64,000 nucleotides of DNA from Octopus sinensis (Eukaryota): the NCBI RefSeq assembly GCF_006345805.1, contig NC_042998.1:87172001-87236000 (forward strand), read 5' to 3'. Below the pieces are notes generated by a model. The model was not told the DNA's origin, made no database searches, and saw only the letters and a list, made by a program, of their open reading frames with translations. Within the stretch, counting starts at the first letter, position 1. The number at the start of each line of letters is the position of its first letter. This document shows positions 14,283 through 26,638 of the stretch, in pieces. Position numbers and translations under genes: made by a program.

Positions 14283-14681
14283 AGGTGGTGAACAGGCAGA
14301 AGTGTTAGCAACCCAGCTGAAACCAGCTCTGGCTCTGAGTACAAATGTCTTGTTTTCATGTTTTGAATTAAAATCTTCCACCAAACCTTAATCACAATTT
14401 ATGTTCCTAACACTAGCTGAATGATATCTAAGTTATTTTATTAAATTCTTTGTTATATTTGAAGTAATTGAAAGACACACAGAGCATCTCAAAATAAATA
14501 CAGTAACAAAAGGGTTAACACCATTTCATCCATCTTCACTTTCTGAGTTCAAATGCCATTGAGATCAACTTTGCCTTTCATCCTTTTGGTGTTAATAAAA
14601 TAAGTACCCGTCAAACACTGGAATTAATGTAATTGATTAACTCCTCCCCCAAAATGGTTGACTTTGTGCTAAAATTTGAAA
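14283..14681 (+). mobile_element. tRNA-head SINE interrupted by the TTAA MITE and flanked by a 19-bp direct repeat
   Basis: SINE head ggtggtgaacaggcagaagtgttagca, then MITE body ending aaagggTTAA, then the SINE resumes (ttctgagttcaaat..actttgcctttcatcctttt). tcaatattaaaagtagagt occurs at 14261-14279 and 14682-14700. Confidence 0.7.
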
Positions 14682-16515
14682 TCAATATTAAAAGTAGAGT
14701 GAAAAATATTACAAAATTCATTTTGAACCAAGTTCAATAAATCATCAAAAGATATTTTTATGATATTTTGACAATCCATCCATTATCTCTGCACAGTATT
14801 CCTGGGAGGGTTGTGGGATTAGAATCTTCAGATACCTCTTCCATAGGTTTCAATCAGAAGAAAACATCATTACTCTTTTCAACTAGATTCCCAAGTGTGA
14901 CTAACTGAGATTATGGATATTTTCCAACCATTTCATTCTTGATCTTCTAGGTCTCCATCCAGTTAGCTTGTCTTGAAGAATTCATTTTATGATTTCACAA
15001 TTCTTTCGGCAATGCAAAAAATATTTAATTTTCAGACAATATCTTAAATGGCAATTAATTCTGTCATATATATTGAAAGAGATTTTGTTTTCCAAACTGT
15101 ATTTGTCCCCACCACCACATGACAACTAGGGTTGACACATTTGGCTAAACCCTTCAATATAGTGCTCCAGAATGGCTGCAGTCCAATGATGAAAACAAGT
15201 CAAAATAAAAGATAAAGTTGAATAGCAGGGTATAAATTTAATTGGGTTGCTCTCCTGCCTCAAATATCTGGGGGGTAATGTTTATTATAAAGTAATTTTT
15301 GATCTATCTCTTAAATATTCACCCTTTGACGGTTGTATATAAATAGAATGTTCTTTCCTTTTATTTTACATCCATTTTTGTTTGATAAAATAGGTTTTTG
15401 AAATCCAGATATTTATCTGAAATGTTCAAACAAGTATAATATATTATGCAATGTATTTGTTCTACTGTACTTATTTATTTATTTATTTAAATACCAAATT
15501 ACACTGATTAAAGATGTGACATAAATATCTAGAATACTTCTAGAATGAAGTATAAAGCTCTTTCCCTGTCTTTTGATTTTAAATTACTCTTCTCCCCTCT
15601 ACTAACTAGAATGGAAGTCAATTCATTTTCTGCATTTTTCTTTTTGAATTATTTATGTTGCTTTGATACTTTGATCTAATTACCAACTAATTTAAAGAGC
15701 TTTCCATTTCTTAAAATCTGATAATCAACACAGTGGGTGGGATGATGAAACTTGTGTGTGTTGGGTTTATAATAGGAATAAAAAAAAATATGCATGGATC
15801 TCTTCTTTATACATACATAACATTTATTTCTTCAGAACTCTTCTTTGTCTCTAAGTGTAAGACTATATGTTCCGTTTATGAATCAAATTCTTTTCTCTAT
15901 GATTCAAATTGTAATCCTAATCTAATTAATAAATGGATGCTAAATGAAAATGCTAATTAGCAAACAAAATCAATTCTAACTGGTAAAACAGGATTTAGCA
16001 GTAAACTGTTTTCACAAATAAAATACATATGCAAATATCTATGTATGCATGTAGGTATTCCTTGTTATCTTGCATCTAGGCAATTCCCTTCTTTCTATAC
16101 ACAGTTCATGCCTACAACGATCTTGATAACCTCTTCACTTGTCAGGGATAGCAGCAATAGCAGATTTATATTGAATCAAAGGAAGTAACCTGATCCCTAA
16201 TCTACATTGTCCACTTGATGAAATATCTCAGATGGTGCGGACATTTGCTGCTTAACTTATAGTTCTGATATTTTGTAACCCAACATCACTCAATATATTT
16301 ACTGGAAAAATCTCAAAGTATATCATAGTAACCTTAAGAGGTCTGATGAGAAGCAGGCTGTAATCTCATTCATTAATAAATTAATTATTGTTTGGAGTTA
16401 AATAACTTTCATGTGTACAACCCAATATGTAAATGGAGGATGTGGTTCCACCAGCTATTGAAATGTTTTATTTATGACCATCATTTTTATTCTTCCACCT
16501 GTGTACTATGCATGC

Positions 16516-16547
<32 letters not shown>

Positions 16548-16986
16548 ATATATATATAAAGGCTATTTGCCAACATAATGTGGCCCTCCTGGGCGGGATG
16601 ATGTTACTGTTGTTTTAGCCCCAAGAAGCATTGTTTCTAGCTGGTTATATGACACACTATCTCTGTCCTTATATTTTCGAACAGGGAGCTCAGTATCCCC
16701 ATCATGTGCCAAAAACAACATCTGTGGACTAGTTTCTTTGTTATTGCCCTTTATCAACACAGAGTAGCTACTTTGGTCAGATGGTGTTGCTGAAGTCACC
16801 ATTCGAACATACTATTTTCAAAGTAACATGCAGCCACTGATCAAAAAATCAAAAATCTAGGTAGAGAGTGGAAAGATGATCACAATGGCGATGCTCCAGC
16901 ATGGCCACAGTCATTGGACTGATATATAGTAACACAAAAGAGGAATTTTGATTATCCCCACGTTGTGAGTTGTAATGTATATATTG

Positions 16987-18759
16987 GAAATTAAAAGAAG
17001 GAAAATACGCACACTTACATAGTTTTAATATAATTTTTAATATCAGTTTCGCTATTATGTTTTACTTATTTGAATATATATTTTTTCTTAAGAAGAAATT
17101 TTGTCCATGTTGTGTGTGATGAAATTCACGAGTGAATGACTTCACAAGTAGATAAATAAAGGGAGGTAATTGGTTTTCACAATGTTATATGGGTATTGTT
17201 TCTTTCTTTATTATCAGGTTTGCAAGAACAGGTTATTTTGAATTCATCCTGTTCTTGCGAACAGGGTTATTTTGAATTCACCTTATATGAAGTATCACTT
17301 CAGAAATATGGTTACCCATTTTACCTCTACATAAGAGAAAATTGGAAGAGATACCTAGATGACTGCTTGATCATCTGGAAGGAGAACATCGACAAACTTT
17401 TGGATTTCAAATCAACACTAAATGACATAAATATTAACATTCAATTCACAATGGAATATAACAAAGAACAACTCCAATTTTTAGACATCATGATAAAAAA
17501 GTTAACAATGAAATCATAACTGACATTTATTATAAACCAACTGATTCAAAACAATATCTTCTCTTTAACTCATGCCACCCAAAACACATAAAAATAAACA
17601 TCCCTTTCAATTTAGTAAAAAGGATCTGCACAATAGTGTCTGATAGAACAACTCGGGATGTTTGTCTTCAAGATCTCAAAACAGCACTTACTGAAAGACA
17701 ATATCCACCCTTACTTATCAACAAGGGAATTAAATGTGCCAAACAATTAGACACAAAAACACTAAGAACAATAAAACATAACACCACACCTCAACTCAAA
17801 ACGTTACTATTTATATCAACACACAACCCCAGAAACAGTGAGGCATTCAACACTATTGTGCAAACTCTTCCTTTACTAACTAGAGATCCAAAAATGAACG
17901 ACATCCTGAAAACACACAAACTCATCAAATGCAAAAAACAAGACAAATCGCTAAAGAGACTACTAACAAATGCGAAGCTTTACAAAAACGTCCAAACTGT
18001 GGAACTTACCCCAACCTGCTTGAAGGCTCAGATTTCCTTTTCAAACAAAGACAGGTTCACAATTAAAACTAGTTTCACTTGTGCCTCTGAGAACCTAATT
18101 TATGTAATAACCTGCTCGGGTTGTGGACACCACTATATTGGACAAGCGAGTATGACCTTGAGAAAGAGAACCACTCTACATAAAGAGCAAATCCATTTCC
18201 TGCAATACAGACAAATTCCTCTCAATGAACATATTGAAAAATGTGCAGGTAACATCAAACCAAATTTCGCAGTATTCCCTTTCTACCAGTGCAAAGACGC
18301 AACCTCTCAACTAGAACGTTAAATAAAGAAACTTTTTCATTGAAATATACAAATCACGTCTTAATATGCACGCATAACCAACTTTTATCTTTTTACATAT
18401 TTCAATTCACGATTACATCACTGTACATAAATCCCCTACTAAACAAGGTTTTTGAAACTTGTCTCTGTCTGTACACATATATAATCCCCACCCATTATTG
18501 AAAGCTGAACAGTTATCTCCCTTACCCACAACAATAACATTAATAATGACAATCAATTATCTCCCTTTATTTATCTACTTGTGAAGTCATTCACTCGTGA
18601 ATTTCATCACACACAACATGGACAAAATTTCTTCTTAAGAAAAAATATATATTCAAATAAGTAAAGCATAATATCATGAATAGTGATAGCGAAACCGGTC
18701 GATATATTAAAAATTATATTAAAACTATGTACGTGTGCATATTTTCCTTTTTTAATTTC
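16987..18759 (+). mobile_element. 5'-truncated Penelope-like retroelement (RT C-terminus, thumb, GIY-YIG) with an inverted ~200-bp copy of its 3' end at the 5' side
   Basis: WKRYLDDCLIIW, IQFTMEYNKEQLQFLDIMI, YYKPTDSKQYLLFNSCHP, NLIYVITCSGCGHHYIGQ; frameshift near 17500; 16987-17190 is the reverse complement of about 18533-18759. Confidence 0.92.
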
Positions 18760-18773
18760 TCATATATATATAT

Positions 18774-18807
<34 letters not shown>

Positions 18808-19013
18808 AAGAAAGAAAGAAAGAAAGAAAGACACAATACCCATATAACATTGTGTTCTGGGCCATATGTATATTGAATTCTACACCAGCTTATTAGTCTT
18901 GCTATGTTAAGCAAAATATCTATACATACACACACACACAAGTAAGCACATAAATGAAAATAAAGGCGGAAAAAAGCAGCACTTGAATACTGAAGGTAGA
19001 GTAATATGCTTTT

Positions 19014-19175
19014 TTATTAAAGCTGCAAAAGCATCACAAAAAACTGCAACTCAGCGTTTCAGAGGTCCCATTTGTTGGGCAGTTGTGATCAAGAATCTTG
19101 ATCCCAACTACCTGACAAATGGGAATGTAAAACTCTGAGTAGCAGTTTTTTTTGTATGGTTTTTGCAGCTTTAAT
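19014..19175. repeat. ~80-bp-arm palindrome made of two opposed degenerate HHR units; a third unit lies at about 19215-19295 (minus)
   Basis: Arms 19014-19093 and 19096-19175 meet at gatcaagaatcttgatc. The plus arm reads aactac CTGACAA atgggaatgt AAAAC tctgagt a gcagtt. Confidence 0.7.
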
Positions 19176-19460
19176 ATTAAAAAATGCACACACACATACA
19201 CACACACACACACACACATTAATATATTATTTTATTAAAGCTGAAAAAATGTTCACAAAACTCTACTCAGAATCTCATGTGACCATTCGTCAGACAATAC
19301 TGACTAATATAACTCTGGTATATATATTCACATAACTTAATTATTATTTAATCACTGTTATTTAAGTGTGATCACAATGGTCATATCAGTTTGTAAAGAT
19401 TACTTGTAGCTTTAATACAATAGTATATTACTCTACCCTTGTTTGGCACCTATGGGATTA

Positions 19461-19510
<50 letters not shown>

Positions 19511-20549
19511 GTATGTATGTATAAATGGATGGATGGATGGATGTATATAACATATACATGCATATACAACATTCATATACATATATGTACATACATACTT
19601 ACAAACAACATTCATATAAATACACATTATGTACATGTAGAGAAATGTTTGGTATTACCTAAATTCTAAGAAACAATGAAGCAGTTGAGGTTTTTTTGTG
19701 GTTGCTTAAATTGTCAGAAATATAAACCAAATAACTGTCGTAGTGGCACCCCTGTCACCATTGAAAACAGCCCAATGGATAATGTGGTTCTGATTGCATA
19801 TTACCTTGGAAAATGAATGGAATATTTTTCATCATAGCTTTATCATTGGCTCTATGAAGATTAATCTGGGATTGAACAAAAACAACTTTAGGTTACTTTT
19901 TTCGTTCATGATTTCATATTTTGTGCTGTTTTGATAAGATACACTTAATTAAATGAAGATTGCTTGCTAAAAAATATTGATCAGTTGCTCTTGAACTGTA
20001 AATTTTCTCAAGCAACAATAATGATTGTGTCTGTTCAGTGTTATTACAACAAAATCAATAGCAAAAATAAATTTCAGCTTCTTTTATATATGCAGTGATT
20101 AGCATAAGAAAAAGCATTCAATGTTTGAAATCAGGCCAAATGGCATAATTGGCCATTGAGAGCTGTTGTTCCAAGTGAAAGATGACTTGGAGTGTGACAA
20201 GTCATCCATCCCATGACACCATGGAAAGCAGATGTAACCTAACGATGATGATGATTGTATTCATGACAATGGTGGTATTAATGAGGTGGGGTGCTATGAT
20301 GGTGGTGATGATGATAATTATTATGTTGAGGATTATGATGATGAGGATGATGATAATGATGAACCTAAGAAGAGACGAAATGGTAAGTTGCAGTGCTTAT
20401 TAGGTTACTTCAAAGAACGTTAATGGAATAAATGAAATGAAACAATTTCAAATTGAAAGTCAAAGCAAGATTTGAACTTCACCAAGTTAACAATGAAAAC
20501 ACTACCTTAAATATTGTTTTTCATGCAGATGGCATGAAGTTGACGTGGC

Positions 20550-20700
20550 CCTCAGATGAAACTTGTCTACATCTAGTTTCCTTAGTGACCACCAAATTTC
20601 TGAATGCAGTACATGTCAAGCACTTATGACTCTCTCTATGACTTTCATAACCTGGTTTAGTAGTTTGATTCTCTGTTGTTGCTTCTCTTTAAGTCCTTCC
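20550..20700 (-). mobile_element. RTE RT remnant with internal deletion
   Basis: RIKLLNQVMKVIERV and WWSLRKLDVD, equivalent to segments of the RTE at 32110-32370. Confidence 0.55.
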
Positions 20701-20774
20701 TAGAAGTTTAAGATAATACTATGCTAGTCATTTCATATGATACCCTCCTGAATATCTTGATTTACTATCCAGGT

Positions 20775-20823
<49 letters not shown>

Positions 20824-22414
20824 GCATGTGTATGTATATATATATGTGTGTGTGTGAGAGAGAGAAAGAGAGAGTGTATGTGTGGTGTGTGGTGGTGTGT
20901 AATATGTTTGCACGTGTCTGTGTTAGTGTAAACTGGTATAAATTGGACTAAACACCTAGTAGTATATATTTTCTAAGGTCAGTTATCTTCCTAAAAGGGA
21001 CATAAATCAAGATAAACTTATTCATCTGATAAATATAGTCTTATCAACTGAATCTCAAGCAAAGTAATGAAGTCAACATAATTGACTAATGCCTTTGAAG
21101 TGTGTGCCCCAGCTTGATTTTGGAACAGTGACTGAAACCAGTCAAAGAATAAAAGTCTGGTGTGAAGGGGTGGGGGATATAAGAAATTATAGAATTAAAT
21201 TGACCATTATCTAAACATCTTGTTCTTATTAGTAGAAATATTAGTTGAAATATACATAAAATTGATGAAAGAGCACAAGAAAATTAGGTTTGGCTAGAAA
21301 TCTTTAGAGTGTAAAAGGATCTCTTTCAACTTATAATGAAATATTTTTCTTCATTTCTCAGCAAATATTATTTAATGTGTTTCGTATCAAAGTAACTATG
21401 TTGCCAGTAGCCATTTCCTGTGAAAAAGTTTGTATCAAGTTGGTAGAAAATAGTTTAAATATGCTAAATTTGATCCAGGCAATGTCCTTTATGGCAACAA
21501 TTTCACAAATAGAGTACTGAGTTCAAAATTCAAATGAGCTGGATAAAAATGAAAAATGAAAGAGAAGAGAAAGAAATGTGCAAGTGAAAGACTCTAACTC
21601 ACAAAGCCAATATTATTTATAAACATGGTAGTGAGCTGTCAGAATCGTTAGTACGCTGGATGAAATGCTTAGCGATATTTTGCCCATCGCTGTCCTGAGT
21701 TCAAATTCCACCAAGGTTGACTTTACCTTTCATCCTTTTGGGGTCGATAAATTAAGTACCAGCTGCGTATTGGGGTCGATCTAATCGACTGGCCCTTTCC
21801 TCCCAAATTTCAGGCCTTGAGCCTATAGTAAAAAGGATGATTTACAAACAGGATCGACTGAATACATATCATGATGGACTACTGATCTTTTAGTCATTTA
21901 TGTAAAGCATGCTACTAGTACATAAGAACAATAATGGGCATCCTCCTCCTCATCATCATCATCATCGTTGTCGTCATCTTCATCGTCATCATCGTCATTG
22001 TCGTCATCATTATCAACATCATCATCATCATCATCATTTTCTCATCATCTTTCAACATCTGGTTTTTCATGCTTGCATGTATCACATGGAATTGACTGAG
22101 GCAGATTTTCAATAGCTATGTGCTCCAGCTGTTTTCAGTTTCCACCTGTTTCTATGTAAAATACATGGTTTAGAAGAATATACTAGGGCCAGAGATATTG
22201 CCCTCCCCATGAAGCTTCCTCTAGACACAGAAAATAACAAAATATAAAAAAAGGAAGTTTTGTATTCTTCCACAGATTTTTCCCCACTCTTTTCACTCAA
22301 AATTTGCTTTTTAGATCAATTAAAAATACTTTTCAACTCAATCAGCACATACCTGGATCCTGAATTACTGTAGAGCCTACTGTAGAATGTATTGCAGGGT
22401 AATAATAAAAATAC

Positions 22415-22471
<57 letters not shown>

Positions 22472-22475
22472 TAAT

Positions 22476-22631
22476 TATTTTAATTTAACTTTAAAAAAAA
22501 AAAAAAAAAATGAACGAACTACTGAGTTTGGTTTAATGGCCTACCAATATATACTATGAGTTTCTTTGCCCTAGGAGTCGGGAAGACACTCGGCAAGAAA
22601 TGGAAGCAAATTTGAAAGAAGAAAAAAAAAG
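22476..22631 (+). mobile_element. R4/Dong-like LINE family A, 3' UTR only, between (TAA)n tracts
   Basis: Nearly identical to the 3' UTR at about 22893-23057; preceded by (TAA)n 22412-22475 and followed by (TAA)n 22632-22650. Confidence 0.8.
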
Positions 22632-22650
22632 TAATAATAATAATAATAAT

Positions 22651-23057
22651 TTTTGACAAGCTCAGAAAATATAAAGACCTACTCATTGAAATTGAGAAAA
22701 TGTGGCATCTCAAGGCGGTTACAATACCAGTGATCGTAGGAGCACTAGGAATGATCAAGAAGGGAACCGAAAATTATATGAGAATGATCCCTGGCTTACC
22801 ATCCCTGCAAGAAGTGCAAAAGATTGTCTTAACTGGTACATCACACGTATTGAGAAGAGCATTGTCGATGTGAGAACTGTTGCTGCTCATGTATTTTGAT
22901 TTAACTTAAAAAAAAAATTTTTTTTAAAAAAATAAATAAACGAACTATTGAGTTTGGTTTAATGGTCTACCAATGTATACTATGAGTTTCTTTGCCCTAG
23001 GAGTCGGGAAGACACTCGGCAAGAAATGGAAGCAAATTTGAAAGAAGAAAAAAAAAG
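22651..23057 (+). mobile_element. R4/Dong-like LINE family A, 5'-truncated: last 72 codons plus 3' UTR
   Basis: Open frame 22655-22873: DKLRKYKDLLIEIEKMWHLKAVTIPVIVGALGMIKK..IVLTGTSHVLRRALSM*, the C-terminus of an RLE endonuclease; followed by (TAA)n. Confidence 0.85.
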
Positions 23058-23140
23058 TAATAATAATAATAATAATAATGATAATAATAATAATAACAAC
23101 AATAATAATAATGATAATAATAATAATAACAATAATAATA

Positions 23141-24792
23141 ATGACAAACAGCTAGAAACACTACTAAAATCAGTTCATGGATTTACCAAAGAAATAGATA
23201 TGAAATTTGGATTAGAAAAATGCGTAAAAGTAACCCTGAAAAGAGGAAATCTAGTTAAGAGTAGCAACATCACACTAGACAAAGCCAATGAAATAAGAGA
23301 ATTAGACCAAAGCCAAACTTACAAATATTTAGGAATCCATGAACTAGATATGACACAACACACGCAAATGGAAGAGAAAATAAAGAAAGAATACTATAGA
23401 TGAGTTAGATCAATACTAATAACAGAGCTCAATGCTAAAAACAAGATAATAGGCATTAACACTTTAGCCGTTCTAGTAATAAGTTAAGCTACAAATCCTT
23501 AACTGCACACTAAATGAACTCACCAAAATAGATAGGAAAACAAGAAAAATAATGACAGGATCTAAGATGCATCACCCAAAATCTGACATAGAAAGGCTAT
23601 ATATACAACGTATAGAAGGTGGTAGAGGCCTTATACAGCTGGAAAACTATTATAAAAAACCACCATAGGGCTGCAAAAATATCTACTTCAGAAGCAAGGA
23701 AAACTGATACAAATAGCGGCAAAACACGAGCAAATCAAAAATCTGTTCTCAGTATTTAAGGAAGCTGACAAATACAAACAAGAAATCACACCACCTAACA
23801 AATATGAAGAAGAAGAAGAAGAAGAAGAAGAAGAAGAAGAAGAAGAAGAAGAAGAAGAAGAAGAAACAAAAGCTATAAAACAAATGAAATTCAAACCAAA
23901 ATTAGAACAGCAACAGACCATGATAAAACGATGGCAAGAAAAGCCCCTTCATGGCAAATACTGGACTAATCTAAATGCAAAAGAAATAGACAAAGAAAAA
24001 TCCCAGCAATGGTTGAGAAGCTCAGGACTCAAAGCAGAGACAGAGGGATTTTTAATTGCACCACAAGACCAAAGCCTCCCCACCAGAAATTACCAAAAAC
24101 ATGTAATGAAAAGAAATATAACGAGTAACTGCAGAATATGTGGAGATGGACAAGAAACAATAAATCATATTATCTCTGGCTGCCCAGTCCTGGCTAAGAA
24201 GGAATATATTCACAGACACAACAGAGTTGGGACCTACATACACTGGAAGCTATGCTGTTATGGAATAACAACAGAAAAAAGATGGTATAGGCACACACCA
24301 GAAAAGGTCACAGAAAACGTGAAAGCAACCATACTCTGGGATATGCCAATACACGCAGATAGAGAAATTAAGGCCAACAGGTCAAATATAGTTGTCAGAG
24401 ATCATGAAGGAAAAAAATGCTTTCTAACTGATGTATCAATACCAGCAGATGACAACGTATCCCTAAAAGAAATGGTGAAACTTTCAAAATACAAAGACCT
24501 GGAAATAGAGGTAACTAGAATGTGGAATCTAAAAACAGAAACAATTCCTATCATAGTAGGTGCATTAGGCATGATAAAAAATATTCAGACAAATACATAA
24601 CAAAAACACCAGGACTTACAAACACATGTAACATACAGAAAATTGCACTACTAGGCACTGCACACATCCTACGCAAAACACTTTCAATACAGTAACCATC
24701 AGAGCATCACAACAAATCACAGCACATACCCAAGGCACAAAGAGCTGTGCTCGGTAGTGAAGTGAAAGCACGCTATAAAAATAAAACTACTG
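23141..24792 (+). mobile_element. R4/Dong-like RLE LINE family B, 5'-truncated and disrupted
   Basis: RT end (MKFGLEKC, TYKYLGI), (GAA)20 at 23806-23865, CCHC knuckle CRICGDGQETINHIISGC, RHNRVG, RSNIVV (PD motif altered), TDVSIP, KLSKYKDL, IIVGALG, LLGTAHILRKTLSIQ*; ends in aataataataat; several stops and frameshifts. Confidence 0.9.
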
Positions 24793-24805
24793 AATAATAA
24801 TAATG

Positions 24806-25600
24806 AAATTATTGTATACACTGCTCAGGCCACCACAACTCGTCAATAGTGCGTATAAAGCATATGCAGTAATGTACAAATGTCTGGAAAGTGAACAGTG
24901 TATGAGTCAGATACATGCTTGCGTGTGTATGGAGGGGAGAAAATCAAGTGTAGTGTTGGTGAATCTCAGGAAGCATGTAAGTTTTGAAGGATGCAGTGCT
25001 TCGACAACTAACAACTGATGCCGGCAGTTTGTTCCATCCTTCAGCAACTCTTAACGGGAAAAAATGTTTCTGAAAGTCATGGGAGCTGTGCTGTTTTCTG
25101 ACTTTGTAAACATGTCCACAGGTGTTAGACAGATGGATTTTGAAAACGTGCTCAGAGTTTATTGTGGAATATTGTTAACTGAACTTCATTTGAGTAGTGT
25201 CATGTCTGATTATGCAATGTTCAATTTTAACTGGTATTCTTATAATAGAAGAAGTATACTGGAACTCACTTCAGATTTCACAGATGTTGAATGGTTAAAA
25301 GATGCTTTCATCTTTCAGCAGAAATACAAGTCTATTTCAGATTGGTGGTATTTATCATTATCATATGTAAAGTTGTAAGTTCAAAAACGTTTACAGTCAG
25401 TGTTTTGGCCTCTGGGCAATGAACTTTGCTCTAAATGTTGTTGCTATTCCACAACAGCTTCCACCCTACTTCCTGATATTAAGAGATGGTGACAACTGGC
25501 TGTAAAAACTGTTTTTTCAGTAATATATTCTGTCCAAGTTTGATAAAACAATCTGTCTAGGCTATTAATGAAAATTCTATGTGAAATAATTCTAAAAGCT
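24806..25600 (-). mobile_element. 3' end of a CR1-clade LINE with a (TTA)n tail
   Basis: Minus translation RKQHSSHDFQKHFFPLRVAEGWNKLPASVVSCRSTASFKTYM matches the CR1/L2 FFS.RV...WN.LP..VV...S...FK pattern; UTR ends aataatttcattattattatt. Confidence 0.75.
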
Positions 25601-26638
25601 TAACTGAAAGCCATCTAAATAATTTGTTGGTTGGAAATTTCAAAATTAAGATACCTCGATTTATAACCAGAAATATTTCTTATTGAATATTCTACTCTCA
25701 AATTTAATTGCTAGGCTTCTCAAAACCAGAAAGGAGAAAGCTGATTCAAAGACTACAGATCTAAGCCATCACTGGAACTGTAAAAATCTGTAAGACTTTC
25801 CAGAAGTTTATCAATTAAGTATATATGAGTATGTCTAAACATGCAACTATATGAAAATACATACATAAAACAAAACATACAAATCTGTACATATACACTA
25901 CACATCACATCAAAACACATCACCACGCACACATCGGCACTGGCCACTTCCCAGACCCACATTTTCACACCTACACATACACACACATGTCAAGATCAAC
26001 AGCCCTCTTCCATACGCACATACAAACTCTCTTATACACATGCATGCTCACCTTCGTTTTGGGATCACCACTATTTCATTATCTCTCCTTCTCCCTAGCT
26101 CTCCTGTGTGACCCTTCTGTCTGGCATTCACCATGACAGATCGCTAGCCACTACACGTTCTGAATTTTCTTTCCTTGTTTCTTTCTATGTTCATTTCTGT
26201 GGAAGAGTGTAGGCTCAAAACGTTAAAGAGTTTTACACTTCCCAAGTGTTAAACTAATACATCTGTTTGTTGTCTACACTACCTGTCTTCATCTCTTGTT
26301 TTTTGGGATTTTTTGTGAATTCTCCCCCAACATACATATATACATACAAAAATACTCTGTTGATGTTGTTGAAATTCCAATGAAGGAGTCTTGGATCTAG
26401 GTTAGAAACCAACTCTTTCTCTATTGGCAAGAAATCTTGAAATAAAACTGAATAGTGACATACATACGTACATGCATACATACATATATATGTATATATA
26501 TCCTCAGTGGATCATATATCCAAGAAAGAAGCACACTCTAAAAGAGCAGTAAAGTATTTGCATGGAGTTAAATATATATATATATATATATATACCTTTT
26601 AAAAATTCTTATTTTCTTTCTTTCTTTTTGTTTTCTAG

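Noticed and set aside
16563-16814. 83-codon minus-strand open frame (YVRMVTSATPSDQ...GGPHYVGK*) after a possible AG acceptor
   Set aside because: No recognisable homology, a weak acceptor and no partner exons; a few frames of this length are expected by chance in the unique DNA. TBLASTX or RNA-seq could rescue it.
26190-26230. ctgtggaagagtgtaggctcaaaacgttaaaga resembles a minimal HHR
   Set aside because: At least three core deviations; probably a relic of a PLE-like repeat, but not supportable from this copy.
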